Under the pieces are notes generated by a model. The model was given only the letters and a program-made list of their open reading frames with translations, was not told where the DNA came from and searched no databases. 64,000 bases of DNA, from NCBI GenBank assembly GCA_964016885.1, contig OZ024745.1:99758001-99822000 (forward strand), in the 5' to 3' direction. Below, piece by piece: positions 51,777 to 64,000 of this stretch. A program made the position numbers and the translations under genes. Source of the DNA: Eledone cirrhosa. Its lineage: Eukaryota. Each line of letters starts with the position of its first letter. The first letter of the stretch is position 1.

Positions 51777-53749
51777 AGCTGAGCTGGTTTCATTCACAAC
51801 CACAACAATAATTGAGAGAGACATCAGAATATGAAAAAGCCCCTTCGTTTTTGTTTGTTCAAAGAAACTTATCTCATATTTTGAAAGCTAAATATCTAAT
51901 ATCTACACATACATTTAATGCTTTTAAATTTGCTGTTTCAGACAAAAATATTCAAATTCTAGTTGAAATTGTGTTAACAAAACAAATGCCTTGCTCTTAA
52001 TTTATATTTAACACACAAAAAGGAATAATATATCAAAATTTTAACAAAATCTTGAACTAATATAAAAGAAGAAAAGGTTACAAATTTACACACAATTAGT
52101 TAAGTAAAACGAACCATTATATCTGGTAAGAGAAATATTGGTTATTAGAAGTTGTTTCTATTTTTTTCTTTTTCAGTGACAAACATTCATTAAGTCCACC
52201 CAGCCAACCCAAGGACAAATGTCTTTAACTGATACTGTCTGGCCAGAGACAATGGCAAAGCTACATGTAACAGCATAACAACCCACTGTTTGCGACTAAA
52301 ATCTAGTAGATCTTTCTGAGCAAGTATTAATTTTAAAAAGAATATACAAATATAATCTGTTTCCTTTAAGAATTCTGGCTCAAGGCTGAATATAAAGGCT
52401 TAACTGGAAAAAAACAACTATTTGATTCTAATAGCATTCGAGATGTCTTTAACTCTTAACTTGTCTGAACAGTTTATAACAAAGAATCGTGTATTATAGT
52501 GGAGGGAATCAGTCATTTAAGGAATTATGGAATTTCCATCTGAAAATTAAGACTTACATTTGTTTTTCAATACTGGCTATATTGAACATTTTCACTGAAA
52601 TTAAATCTTTTTGATACCAAACAGAATGAAGTTGCCCCTGAAGCTACAATACAAAATTGTATTTTATAATGTTTATATTAATCTAAAAATATTCCATCAT
52701 AATTTTATGAAAGAAAATTCTTTATCCTATATTCCAAATACTAGCTTCATAAGTTAGATTACTAAATCCTTCTAAATTCTTCATTATTTTCGAATATATT
52801 TGAAAACCATAGAAATACAGCAACAAAAGATTTAATTTGATAAATTATCTACAAGAGAGAATCAATATATTTCTAAAACTACTTTTCAAAACTTAAAAGA
52901 GAATGAAATTATGGCAAATTAACAATTTAAAATAGAAATATGAAATAAAAATATGAATATTATTGTAGTTTTTACTCAATAACCATCTCTGATACAGCCA
53001 AGAATCTGTGGGTCTCTATCATGAATTGAAATTTAGCAAAAGAATCAGTATAGATTTTCAACAAATGATTATTTAAAAAGCTTAGTTCATGGAATCAAAT
53101 ACATTTACTAGAAAAATGGTAGTGGATTCGAGAGAGCAGCAGATTAAATGACATTTGTTCTGGCTCTTTACTTTCTGAGTTTAAAGCCCACTGAGCTCAA
53201 CTCTGCCTTTCATCCTATCAGGTTTGATAAAATAAAGCACCAGTCAGGTCTTGGGGGTTGATTTAATCAACTTTGCCCTTCTCTAAATTTTCTTTCCTTG
53301 TACCTAAATTAGAAATTATTAGTTACCAGAAAAAAAGTTTCACACTACCACTATTGCTACTACTGTTGCTGCTGCTAAATAGACCAAAATTAGGTGAGGG
53401 GATTACTGGTACATTATGTTTTAGCAACTCCATAAGGATGAAAGACAAAGCTAAAAAACCTTAACACAAAACATACCTTACACAAACATCCAATAAAATA
53501 ACTCAACCGAACAAACACTAAAATAAGGCCAGCTACATCAAGTGAAACTCCATAATAAAATCAGACACATGCTGTACACTAGCACAAGGACTCTATACCC
53601 CCCCCCCCCACCCCCAGAAAACAACAACAACAATGCTGCACACATCTCAGAAACAAGGAGGTGCACCAAGCAATGCAGTTGCAGTAGAAACTTGAAATGT
53701 TCAGAAATGAAGATTCTGAAAGTTTATAGTTAATCTGTTAGGTTGTTAA

Positions 53750-54232
53750 CCCTTTAACATTTACATTACTCTATATATACTATTGTATTTTTGTGGTAAA
53801 CACTATCTCACATAATATGGAATCTATGACATTTTTATATCTATTTTAGCCCTTTAACATTTACATTACTCTATATATACTATTGTATTTTTGTGGTAAA
53901 CACTATCTCACATAATATGGAATCTATGACATTTTTATATCTATTTTAACCCTTTAACATTTACATTACTCTATATATACTATTGTATTTTTGTGGTAAA
54001 CACTATCTCACATAATATGGAATCTATGACATTTTTATATCTATTTTAACCCTTTAACATTTACATTACTCTATATATACTATTGTATTTTTGTGGTAAA
54101 CACTATCTCACATAATATGGAATCTATGACATTTTTATATCTATGTTGAGAACAATACCTTAACACGGCTGGTTTGAACAGAAAGATGTGAGAGAATTCT
54201 GACTGGAGATGGCCAGTTTAAATACTAAAGGG
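53750..54232 (+). mobile_element. piggyBac-type MITE, family A, with its left 100 bp tandemly repeated four times
   Basis: Units start at 53750, 53850, 53950 and 54050. Single right end ctaaaggg|TTAA at 54232. Confidence 0.95.
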
Positions 54233-55450
54233 TTAAGTGACGTATTCCATTTACAGTTCATTGGCAGTGGCTTTAAATAACCTATTTTTTAAGAATGTTA
54301 CTCATAATTCACAATAACTAAAATATACAGGGTAGAATTATCAGAGATAGGCTTTGCTATTTTGAAATAAGTGAAAATGATTAAAAGTGAAAATGATTAA
54401 AAGTGAAAATGATTAAAAGTGAAAAAAAAATAGAAAATGCTTCAGAGAAGCCATACATTAAAAAATGTAACCATTTTGATACCAAACTGTCTGGAGCCAC
54501 CTCTGGTTCTATGATACAAAACTATTTTTAATGTGCTTATATTTATCTAAAAACCTTACATCAAGACTTTGAAAGGGTTAAATTTAACAATTGCCAGTTA
54601 TGCTTTAAATTAAGTTTAAAGTAACATCTGTCACTGTATTGATAGAATTGATGGATACTCCTTTAGTTTTGACAAAGAGCACTCAGTTATTTAATCAGCT
54701 AAACATCTTAAATTAACATGTAAATGGCTGAATATTCCACAGTCACATATGATCTTAACATAAGGTGTGATACAATATGTAACTATGCTAGACCTTTGAT
54801 TTACAGATACAATTTACCTACAGGGTTTCTACACAGCTTTCTACCCAATTTTACTCACAGGCTTGAAAGAACCTCAGTTTTATGGTAAGAAACATTTACT
54901 CAAGATGTCATAGTGGGATAAAATGCAAACTCATGATTGCTAACCAATCTTCTTAACTACTGTCAATGCATTCACTTATCTGGAACTCACAGAAGACTAT
55001 TTAAAATGCAGTAAATTAACAGAAGGAAGATTCTAATATGATGTAACAAAATATTACTTCAGATAAACAAATAGTTGGGAGGACCCTTCAGTAGTGTCAA
55101 AGATATGACAACCTCCCTAGTGTTGGTATCATGATAAAATGCACTCAGTAAAGTGTGGGACCCTACACATATCCAACGTCTTAACGACTGCCATTTTACC
55201 GCCTAGATTATAGATATGTTAAAGCTTTGACATCAGGCAACTGACTTGGTAGCCACCCACAAAACTTAAGATGCAGGCCTCTACTCAGTAGCCCTGCTTG
55301 AGTACTGATGCAGTTTTGAAGAGCTGTCCAGCCTATACTTGACATTGAAAACGAACATTAAATGATGATGAAATATATTCCTCATGGTATTTATTTACAT
55401 TAAGTTCACTAAGTGGAGAAAGTTTACTGGAAGAAAAAATAAGGCAAAAT

Positions 55451-56045
55451 CTGACATTCTGGGCAAAACCCTTCATTGGAGAAATACCTATTTATAGACG
55501 AGACAAATGGCCCACCGATTCTAATCAACTTTACGAGACAAAATATATAGTGCCCATATAATTTAAAGACTGATGAGTTCAGTCTGTTATGTAGACAAGC
55601 ACCATGTTGACTTATCTAACTGTAAATCTCTAAATTGAAGGTTTTAAATTGAATAGTTGTAAGCTGTTTTATAATGTTTGGCATTCATTGCTTGACAAGG
55701 ATTAAGATTTCTATATAAATACAAATGTTTCAGTTATTGACCCTCTACAAAGCTCAAATAAAACCCACACTGAAGTAATATGCATATGTATGAAACAGTA
55801 ATACTCTTGCTGCTCAGACATTCTGTGTTATAATCACTAGCTTCACCGAAAAGTACTTTCCTTTTTTTGCCTCTCCTATTATTACTAAACATCTTCTGCA
55901 CCACTCTTTGTCCAGATAAATCTGACCCACCTGTCTCTTTTTCCTCTATTATCCTATATCCTCCCACACCCAACAACCCTAGTAGGAAACATTTTCACCA
56001 ACTCATTTTTCTTCAGAAATTCAGTCCTTTGGAATTACCTTCTAG
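55451..56045 (+). mobile_element. Possible Penelope-like remnant
   Basis: RKHFHQLIFLQKFSP(f)GI resembles the GIY-YIG C-terminus R...E..LIF.L.T..P.G.N. Degenerate hammerhead-like motifs at 55451-55482 (-) and ~55570 (+). Confidence 0.35.
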
Positions 56046-56626
56046 CCTACATTTTTGCCTGCAGACATTGACCTAGAAATGTTTAAATGAACATCAACAT
56101 CATTAATCTCCGCCTGGGAGAGTCTGCAAAAGGTCATGGGCATTGCCCCTCTTCTGCTGAATAACTTACATAAAAAAATTATAGTTACTTATCTCTAAAG
56201 TTTAAAACCAGATCGTAAGATTTTATGTGACAGTTTTAAACAAATTACTGTAGTCTTTAATGGTTTAGCAACAGCCATTCTTATGGCTAAAATGTTCAGC
56301 CATTTGAACATGAGCAATAAACAATCTATAGTGCTAACACAATAAAATAAATATTTAAAGAATATAAAAATATCAAATTTTGTCTATTTTCATAAATTTT
56401 TATCCTCTTACTAAGATTAATCAAGTTAAGCTTACTAATGGCTAAATAAAAAAAGATAAATTGTAAGACAAATAAATTGGAATTAGCTAAATTGTAAATA
56501 TTATATGAACATTCTAATTCTAATGAGTGGTGAAACACCCAAAAAAGAAAACAGAAAAAAAAAAAATGAGGGAGGAAGTATTTTTCTGCAGGGTTATTTA
56601 TTGTTCCTATTTAAAACAGAATTTAC

Positions 56627-56701
56627 CTGTATCTTCACAATTTTGTTTATTATTTATATGAAATAGAACCACCTCCCCCTAGTATCTCTCTCTTTCTTGA
56701 C
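56627..56701 (-). other. Candidate 75-nt exon (non-coding or UTR)
   Basis: ttttgtaaatgtatttag|GTC..TACAG|gtaaat; purine-rich; stops in all three frames. Confidence 0.35.
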
Positions 56702-57227
56702 CTAAATACATTTACAAAATAAAAACTGAATGGGAAATGTGATATAGCCTCAACAGTGAACTTAAACAATTTCAGCATAATCTCAAGTTTAATCTTTAAT
56801 AACAGAAAAAGATCCATTGTTTTCAACATGTAAACCTTTGTCATTAATAGGATAACAAGTATAGAGTACCACATCCCAAGATCCCTGTAGGGCATTTGTA
56901 AAACAATGAAAACTCTATAAGATTGTAGACAATTTGACATAAAAAGGTTGATATGTTCCTGAATATCTTGTTTGTTATAAAACATTCAAGAGAAATGTAT
57001 CCTTTTTTATTAAGTTGTCACTCTTTAAGCGCAAAGATGAAAATAAAAGAAATATATAATATAACTAACCAATATTTTAATGAAAAGAAAACTATATAAT
57101 TCATACATTTTACTGCTTAAAAACAGCTATTTAGCACAAATTTTCAATCTATATATTTACTATTTAAATAGTTTTATGAATAGGTCAAACTATATCATCA
57201 CATAATATTATTTATATCTTAAATCAG

Positions 57228-57342
57228 GTGTGTGTGCGCGTGTGTGTGTGTGTGTGCGCGTGCGTGTGCGCGTGCGTGCGTGCGCGCGCGTGCGTGCGTG
57301 CGTGCGTGCGTGCGTATGTATGTGCGCGCGCGTGCGTGCGTG
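57228..57342. repeat. (TG)n/(TGCG)n microsatellite
   Basis: Directly visible alternating purine-pyrimidine tract. Confidence 0.95.
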
Positions 57343-57782
57343 TAAGACATTAAAAGAAAGTCTCATTAAAGAATTACAATGTTTGGAATAACTTCTTATG
57401 AGTAAAACATTGTAGATGTAAACTACTACAACTGTTACTTACAATCTAGTAAGACTTGGTAGTATGTGGCATACCTTCACTAAGAGTTTTAGGGATCTAT
57501 ACAGTTGTGAGCAGACACAGACATTCTCAATACCCACTCCTTTGATCCAGCAGAACATCCAGTATGTAATAACGGGGAGGGGACAGGACTTCACTAGCAT
57601 TGCGCTAGTACTTTATTAATCCCCAAAGGATGAAAGGCAAATTGAACCTTAGTGAGATTTGAACTGAAAATGCAGTAAGCTGGAATAAATATCTAATGAC
57701 TGCCAAATTGAATACTTAGACAGAAACTACAGAAACACTATGGGATGTAAAAATAAAAAAATAAAATTAAAAAAAAAAAATT

Positions 57783-57828
<46 letters not shown>

Positions 57829-59247
57829 GTGCAAAAAACTTTGTATGTAAAAGCAGAAAACTCTGATGGAACTAAATACTGCAAAGTTAACTATCTTTTA
57901 TCCTTTAATGAATGATAAAATAAATATCAGGCAAATTAATGGTGTCAATATGATTGACTAAAACATTTGAAGGTGGTATCCTAACAAGGCTGCAGTCCAA
58001 TATCTGAAACCATTACACTATTTGTTAGTCCTGTTAATAAAATTGACAATATTCTAAATTTTCATACAGAACTTTTTTGAATCATTAAATTAGAAAACAC
58101 ATTTTTCAGAGTCCAATCAAAATGTTATACACAGAATATGAAGAAACAAATATTCCCAATGCCAACCATTAAATTGTTGCCATTAAGTAAAACAAGATAT
58201 ATTTTGATATAATGAAAGTTAATATTTATAAAAGTAATAAATACTACTAGTTTTCAATACCATTAGTACTGCTGTGTTTTACTTAGTAACTGCTCCATTT
58301 CATGCAGAAAACCAATTTCTATAGATTTTCCTTGGACATTATGTTGTTACAGCTCACATTTATGTAGGTTTAGCCGGCTTTCTACAAGATTTGTTTTCAT
58401 GATAGGGATCACAGTATCATGAAAAGAATCATGAAATAGAGTCTTTCTCAAGAAAACAACACATTTCTCAGACCAGGAATCAAACCCACGACTGTATGAT
58501 CATCAGCCCAACACCAAAACGACTAGGTAGACCATAAGCAAGATGGTTAGGTAACATTCATAAGCTTGGATGGTTTTACTCAAGTGTCCAGCCGGATCAT
58601 TTGAAGATGGTTGCTTTAAATGTATGTGGACACTGCCTCGCCTAATTCTCAAGAATAGGTGAAGACAATGACATTGCAATGAATTAGAATTTATAATATA
58701 GGCTGACTAATAACTAAAAAGAAACTATCCAAAGCCATGTGTTTTATGTACTATACTAAAATTAAAGATTTAATTAAAAGTGACAGTTTTACTTGCAAAT
58801 TTATTTTTCTCAAACTTAGATTTGAAGAAAATAAACTTGCTGAACAATCACAAAACTACTAAAAAAATAAAATAAAGATTCCTTTAATATAAACCATTCT
58901 TTAAGACAATCAGTGTAATTGCAGCAGTCTAGGACATCAAGACAAACTTCTTGAAAACGAAAAAAGTATGCTTGTATTATTTATTATGAAATTTCAAGGA
59001 CAGACATACAGACAATTGGTGCAAAATAAAACTTATTTTACAGAACAAGTTTAAAAGATGAAACATAGGCAATCTAACTGCTAAATAAGTAGCCAGTTTG
59101 CATCTGGGATGGATAATAGTGATCTTTGTTTACAAGAGCCCACTAGTTTAGTAAGTTATGATTAAAAATGCAACTCATAGCAGGAGACATTCTGCCTCAA
59201 ACGATGCAGTTTAGCTGCTTAATGCCATTGAATTTATACACCCATTA

Positions 59248-59300
59248 AACATACATATGTACATACATATATATATAGAGAGAGCGAGAGTGAGCAAGAG

Positions 59301-59359
<59 letters not shown>

Positions 59360-59440
59360 GAGAGAGCAAAAGAGAGAGAGAGAGAGATTCACATACACAC
59401 AGAAATATCCACACATCTACATACATATATATATATATAC
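59248..59440. repeat. (TA)/(GA)n microsatellite block
   Basis: Directly visible. Confidence 0.95.
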
Positions 59441-60188
59441 ACATAGTTAATTAAATCAAGAATAATATGCAAAATAATTAAATCTATGGTAGACTTTTAA
59501 AGGAAACTGATTTCCTGGTGCATATGTTCTGTTGCTGTAAGTCACTGCAGGATAAGACTTCCTTTTTATGATGAAAACTTAGCAAAAAAAAGCATTTTCT
59601 TCACAACTAGTCCATTGAAACTTACATTGAGGAAGTTGTTTGCACAATGATAACAGACTACTAATTTACAACATATTAACAAAAATCCTAACACTTCAAA
59701 ATCTAACAAATAGTTGATTTTAAAACAGAAACAAGTAGAGTATTTAACCCTTTCATTATCATATTTATAAAGAAATACACTGTATTTGAATTAATATATG
59801 AAAATTTGGAGAGAATTACTAAAATTAATAATTATTACATTATTATGATGGTATTTGTAACAAAAAGTTCTTGTAACAAATTTTGTTGAGATTTTTTTTA
59901 TTTAAATAGAACCCCTCTAAAATAGGTGATTTTTTCTTGTGGTTGTTGTTTTGTTTCATAGAACCAGTGGTTTCTTTGAGTGGGTTGTATCAAAAAGGTT
60001 AACGAGATAATATAATGAAGATAGTGAGTTAGCAGACCCATTAAAGCAACATATAAAATGCCTTGTAGTATTTGCTCTGGTTTGCTATGCTTCGAGTTCA
60101 AATCTCATTGACGTAAACTGTCTCATTTTTTTTTTTATTTCAAATACCAGCTCAGGGTAGTAAACTGGCATAATGGGATACTATACAG

Positions 60189-60389
60189 CAGGCATGATAA
60201 ACTGAGGGACCCCCCCCCCCCCCCGAGGGCCGCATGGGTCACATATGTGTTGTCTGAGGGCCACATACGACAACTAATTGTGCACATTTTTAAAATTTTA
60301 TATTACGAGGATAAACATGCTCGCACTGTAAAAAACCTTTGTGCAGGCCGCAAGTGTGCTTGTAAAGGGCCGCATGTTTGACATGTTTA
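60189..60389. mobile_element. hAT (Charlie-like) MITE, ~200 bp
   Basis: Imperfect TIR caggcatgataaac / gtttgacatgttta, repeated subterminal ggccgca motifs, 8-bp flanks ctatacag / gtttacag. Confidence 0.7.
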
Positions 60390-60558
60390 GTTTACAGCAT
60401 CTCTTCCAGTTCTTTGTATTCTGACAGCAATGCCTATATCAACACTAGTCAAACTTTTCAACCTTTGACTTTCTCTTATACAACATCAGCAGCATAGAAA
60501 TAGATTACTTACTATCTGAGAAACTGCAGGACTTTTATAAAAAGAAAACAAAACTTAC

Positions 60559-60700
60559 TGAGGCCTGATCCCCACATATTTGTAAATGATCCATCTCACA
60601 AGACATGGTGGTACTACAGTTTTGTGTTCAAACTGCCAGTATTGCAATAAAACCGATGTCATTTTCTTTAAAATGTTGGGTTTCCCAGTATTAAAATATT
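60559..60700 (-). other. Candidate 142-nt exon containing a start codon (MSCEMDHLQICGDQAS, phase 0)
   Basis: tgtgtttag|AAT ... CTCA|gtaagt; ccaccATG at 60606, exactly 16 codons before the donor. A second frame is also open through the exon. Confidence 0.45.
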
Positions 60701-62091
60701 CTAAACACAATTTCAATATATGACTTTCAATTGTCAATAGTTCAATATAATAAAGTCTCTTTATAGAAACTTTATTATATTGAAATAATGGTGTCACCCA
60801 GTTCTACACTGTAAACTTCGTTGGTGTTAGGAAGGGCATCCAGCAGCCATAAAAATACAGCCAACATAGTCCTGATATGAGCAAGGTTCAGCACAGCCAT
60901 CTGGCCAGGCTTGTCTCATAACAGGACCCCTCAGTTTCACACTGTAAACGTGGTTGGTGTTAAAAAGGACATCCAACTAAAAAATTGCAGCCAAAATACA
61001 GCTCCATTTGAGCAAGGTATGGTACGGCCAGCTTGCCAGACATGTATCCTAATGTGGACTACCTGTCATACTCATGCAAGCGTTAAAAAAAAAAAAAGAT
61101 TGACAAACAGTAATGATAATTGAAATCCCCATTCCTAATCTGCTATTGTCCTTTTGGAAAAAAAGAAGACAATTTGAAATCTCTAATAAAATATGCCTAA
61201 TGATAAACAGTACAAATCTTAAACATCTCTGTGGTGTATAATACAATGCATATGTGGACAAAATTTTTTCTCCATGAATTGAAAAAGATTGATTAGTTTG
61301 ATCAGTCTTGACTAATTAGAGAATCATCAGGAACTATAGGTGTTCTGTAATTTCTATCTTATTTTATTACATAAAAAAAAAACCCCATGAGTACAGACAT
61401 TGAAGCAACTTCACATCTGATTATTGTCTTATAAATTTTACATTTGATTATTGTTTATAACAAAGTATTCAACTAATAATTTCAATTATTCTTTAGTTTA
61501 AAAATATCTATTTACATTGTAAAAGATCCTAACTGCTGAATTAGAGACTTCATCAGAATCTAAACACCCACTCAAAATGTTTACAAAGAGAGATATAGCT
61601 TATAACTATTTATAATTACAATATATTATGACTGCTAAATCAGTCAGTCCAATTTGCATAATAGTGCTTTTGTTGACAATATAATTGATGGATTAATAAA
61701 ATGCATTAAACATATGACTACAAATAGTTATATTTTTTCTTTCGGTATACTGGACAGGTGTGTGGTCTCTGCTGAAAGCTCCAATTTAGAATCAAAATCA
61801 GCCAGACAAATCCTTCTCTCTTAACAGAAAGATAAGAATATTTGTTTACATTTCCACCACATGTATTCTATTAAACAATGTAAATTGTAGCTATCACTAT
61901 AATGTATATCACTAAATTACCTTACTGTACAGTTTAGGTAATGCAACATATGTTCTTTAGTGCATCATTATTTGTAATCCAATATGTTACAAACTAATAG
62001 TTTGTATATTAAATGAAGAGAAAAAAATCAATCTGGTAGGCATAATTAGTTAAATTATTCTCCAAGACAAAAAACTAAGTTTTGTGTTTAA

Positions 62092-62252
62092 TCCTTTAGC
62101 ATTTAAACCAGCCATATTTGGCCAGAATTCTCTCACCTCTTTCTGTTCAAACCAGCCATAACTGGCTGCTCATACTAATGTTAAGATATTATTCTCAAAA
62201 TAAATAACATCAAACTCTCATAGATTCGTAAAAAATATAATAGTATATATAT
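62092..62252 (-). mobile_element. piggyBac-type MITE, family A, truncated at its TA tract by an RTE
   Basis: TTAA|tcctttagcattta start; ends tagtatatatata directly before the LINE. Confidence 0.85.
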
Positions 62253-62254
62253 AC

Positions 62255-63937
62255 AAATCAGGATGTTGTTGGAGTTAAGTGTGTCCAGAATGATGCCGGT
62301 GTACCTAGTGTCACGAATCAAAGATAGGAGGCCTGAAAATGTCATTACGAGAGACTGATGAATGTGGAGAACAAATGGGACAGAGAGAAATTACCCCCAG
62401 TAGACCCGACAGAGGAACCAGCTTTTGAGATTGACGAATATAGGGTACAAGAAGCAATTAAGGAAATGAAGAATGATAAGGCTGCTGGACCGTCGGGGAT
62501 AGTTGCTGAGATGCTGAAGGCTACAGGAGAAGTAGGCACTAAACTAGTTGCACACATCATTAATCAAGCTATATGTGGTGGTGTCATACCCAAAGACTGG
62601 TGCAGCAGTATTCTCAAATTGCTACAAAGGTAAAGAGGATGCTCTAGAGAGGAGCAATTATAGGGGCATAAAGCTGATGGATCAGGTTATGAAAGTGGCA
62701 GAGAGAATATTAGCGCAACTGATTAGAGAAAGGTTCAAATTAGATGAGATGCAGTTTGGTTTTGTGCCTCGGAAAAGTACAACAGATGCCCTCTTCTTAG
62801 TGAGGCAACTACAAGAGAGGTTCTTAAAGAATATGCCACTATACTTAGCTTTTGTTGACCTAGAGAAGGTCTTTGATAGGGTACCCTGATCTGTCATCTG
62901 GTGGTCCCTAAGGAAACTAGGTGTAGAAGAATGGCTTGTGAGGACAGTGCAAGCTATGTACAGAGGTAATGTCAGTAAAGTGAGGGTAGGAATGGAGTTT
63001 AGTGAGGAATTCCAGATACACGTAGGTGTACATCAGGGTTTGGTCCACAGCCCGCTCTTGTTCATTATAGTCCTCCAAGCCATAACAGAGGAGTTTAAGA
63101 CTGGCTGTCCATGGGAACTTCTCTATGCTGTTGATCTGGTTCTTATAGCAGAATCAGTAGAGGAGCTAGAGAAGAAATTCTGGCTATGGAAACAGCAGTT
63201 GGAATCAAGAGGCCTGAGAGTGAACATAGCTAAAATAAAAGTGTTGATAAGTAGCAGAGAGGACAATACTCTGATTCCATTGGGGAAATGGCCATGTTCG
63301 ATATGTAGGAAAGGAACTGGCATAAATTCCATAAAATGTATGCAATGCAGATCTTGGGTACACAAGAGATGTAGTGGGATAGCAGGCAAACAAACAGGTA
63401 GGGAAAACTACGTATGCAGTAGATGTACAGGGAAAGTTGGCAGTAGTAATCACAGTGATAGACACATTTTTCCAATGCAGGTGGGTTCTATAGAAGTGGT
63501 TGATAGTTTCTGGTACCTAGGTGATCAGATTAGCATGAGAGGGGGGGGGGGGTTCCGAGGCCATAGTATCTAGAATAAGGACAGGTTGGAAGAAGTTTAG
63601 GGAGCTGCTTCGTCTGTTGACTAAGAAGTGTTTCTTCCTGCGTACAAAAGGACAGTTATATGATGCCTGTGTGAGATGCGCAATGCTGCAAGGTAGTGAG
63701 ACATGAGCGGCAACTGCAGAGGGTAGGCTGGAGAGAAATGAAGCAAGTATGCTCCATTGGATGTGCAATGCCAATGTGCATGAACGACCAAGCATAGATG
63801 AGTTGAGAAAGAAACTGGGTATAAGAGGGATAAGTTGTGGTGTGCAGGAGAGAAGGCTGAGATGGTATGGACATGTGATGCGCATGGAGGATGACCGCTG
63901 GGTAAAGAAGTGCCAAGAAATCCCAGTAGAAGGAAGA
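62255..63937 (+). mobile_element. RTE LINE, subfamily B, truncated at both ends, RT with inserted PHD finger (pseudogenised)
   Basis: KAAGPSGI, NYRGIKL, QFGF, FVDLEKVFD, GVHQG, LLYAVD (catalytic Asp lost), C4HC3 finger (63295-63426), FWYLG, RLRWYGH; several frameshifts and stops. Confidence 0.95.
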
Positions 63938-64000
63938 ATACAGGCCTACTGACATACATTAATAGATATTAATATATAATACACTTTATGAAATATTAAA

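Noticed and set aside
52160-52280. Plus-strand exon after a strong tttttcag acceptor
   Set aside because: Stops in all frames, no good donor, and opposite to the inferred transcription direction.

Overview
AT-rich, CpG-depleted animal genomic DNA, most likely an octopod cephalopod (inferred from the SINE and RTE families). It is probably intronic sequence of a large minus-strand gene, because long poly-A tracts fall mostly on the + strand. There is no intact protein-coding gene, RNA gene or CRISPR array, and nearly all ORF-track ORFs are microsatellite, antisense-TE or chance frames. The window is a dense archive of transposons. (1) RTE-clade LINEs of two subfamilies carry a C4HC3 PHD finger inserted inside the reverse transcriptase and repeatedly abut (TA)n tracts; one copy has a twin-priming-type 5' inversion. 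(2) A ~5.8 kb decayed autonomous Helitron (Rep plus PIF1 helicase motifs in order) is almost invisible to the ORF track. (3) A young non-autonomous Helitron sits in the TSD of a SINE, which itself sits in a piggyBac-type MITE. (4) There are CRE-like, Rex3/Expander-like, CR1-like and possibly Penelope remnants, several tRNA-derived SINE families, and piggyBac, hAT and Tc1/mariner MITEs. (5) Three minisatellites were each born inside a different TE. A few candidate minus-strand host exons are flagged with low to moderate confidence. All family assignments come from motif recognition by eye; no searches were run.
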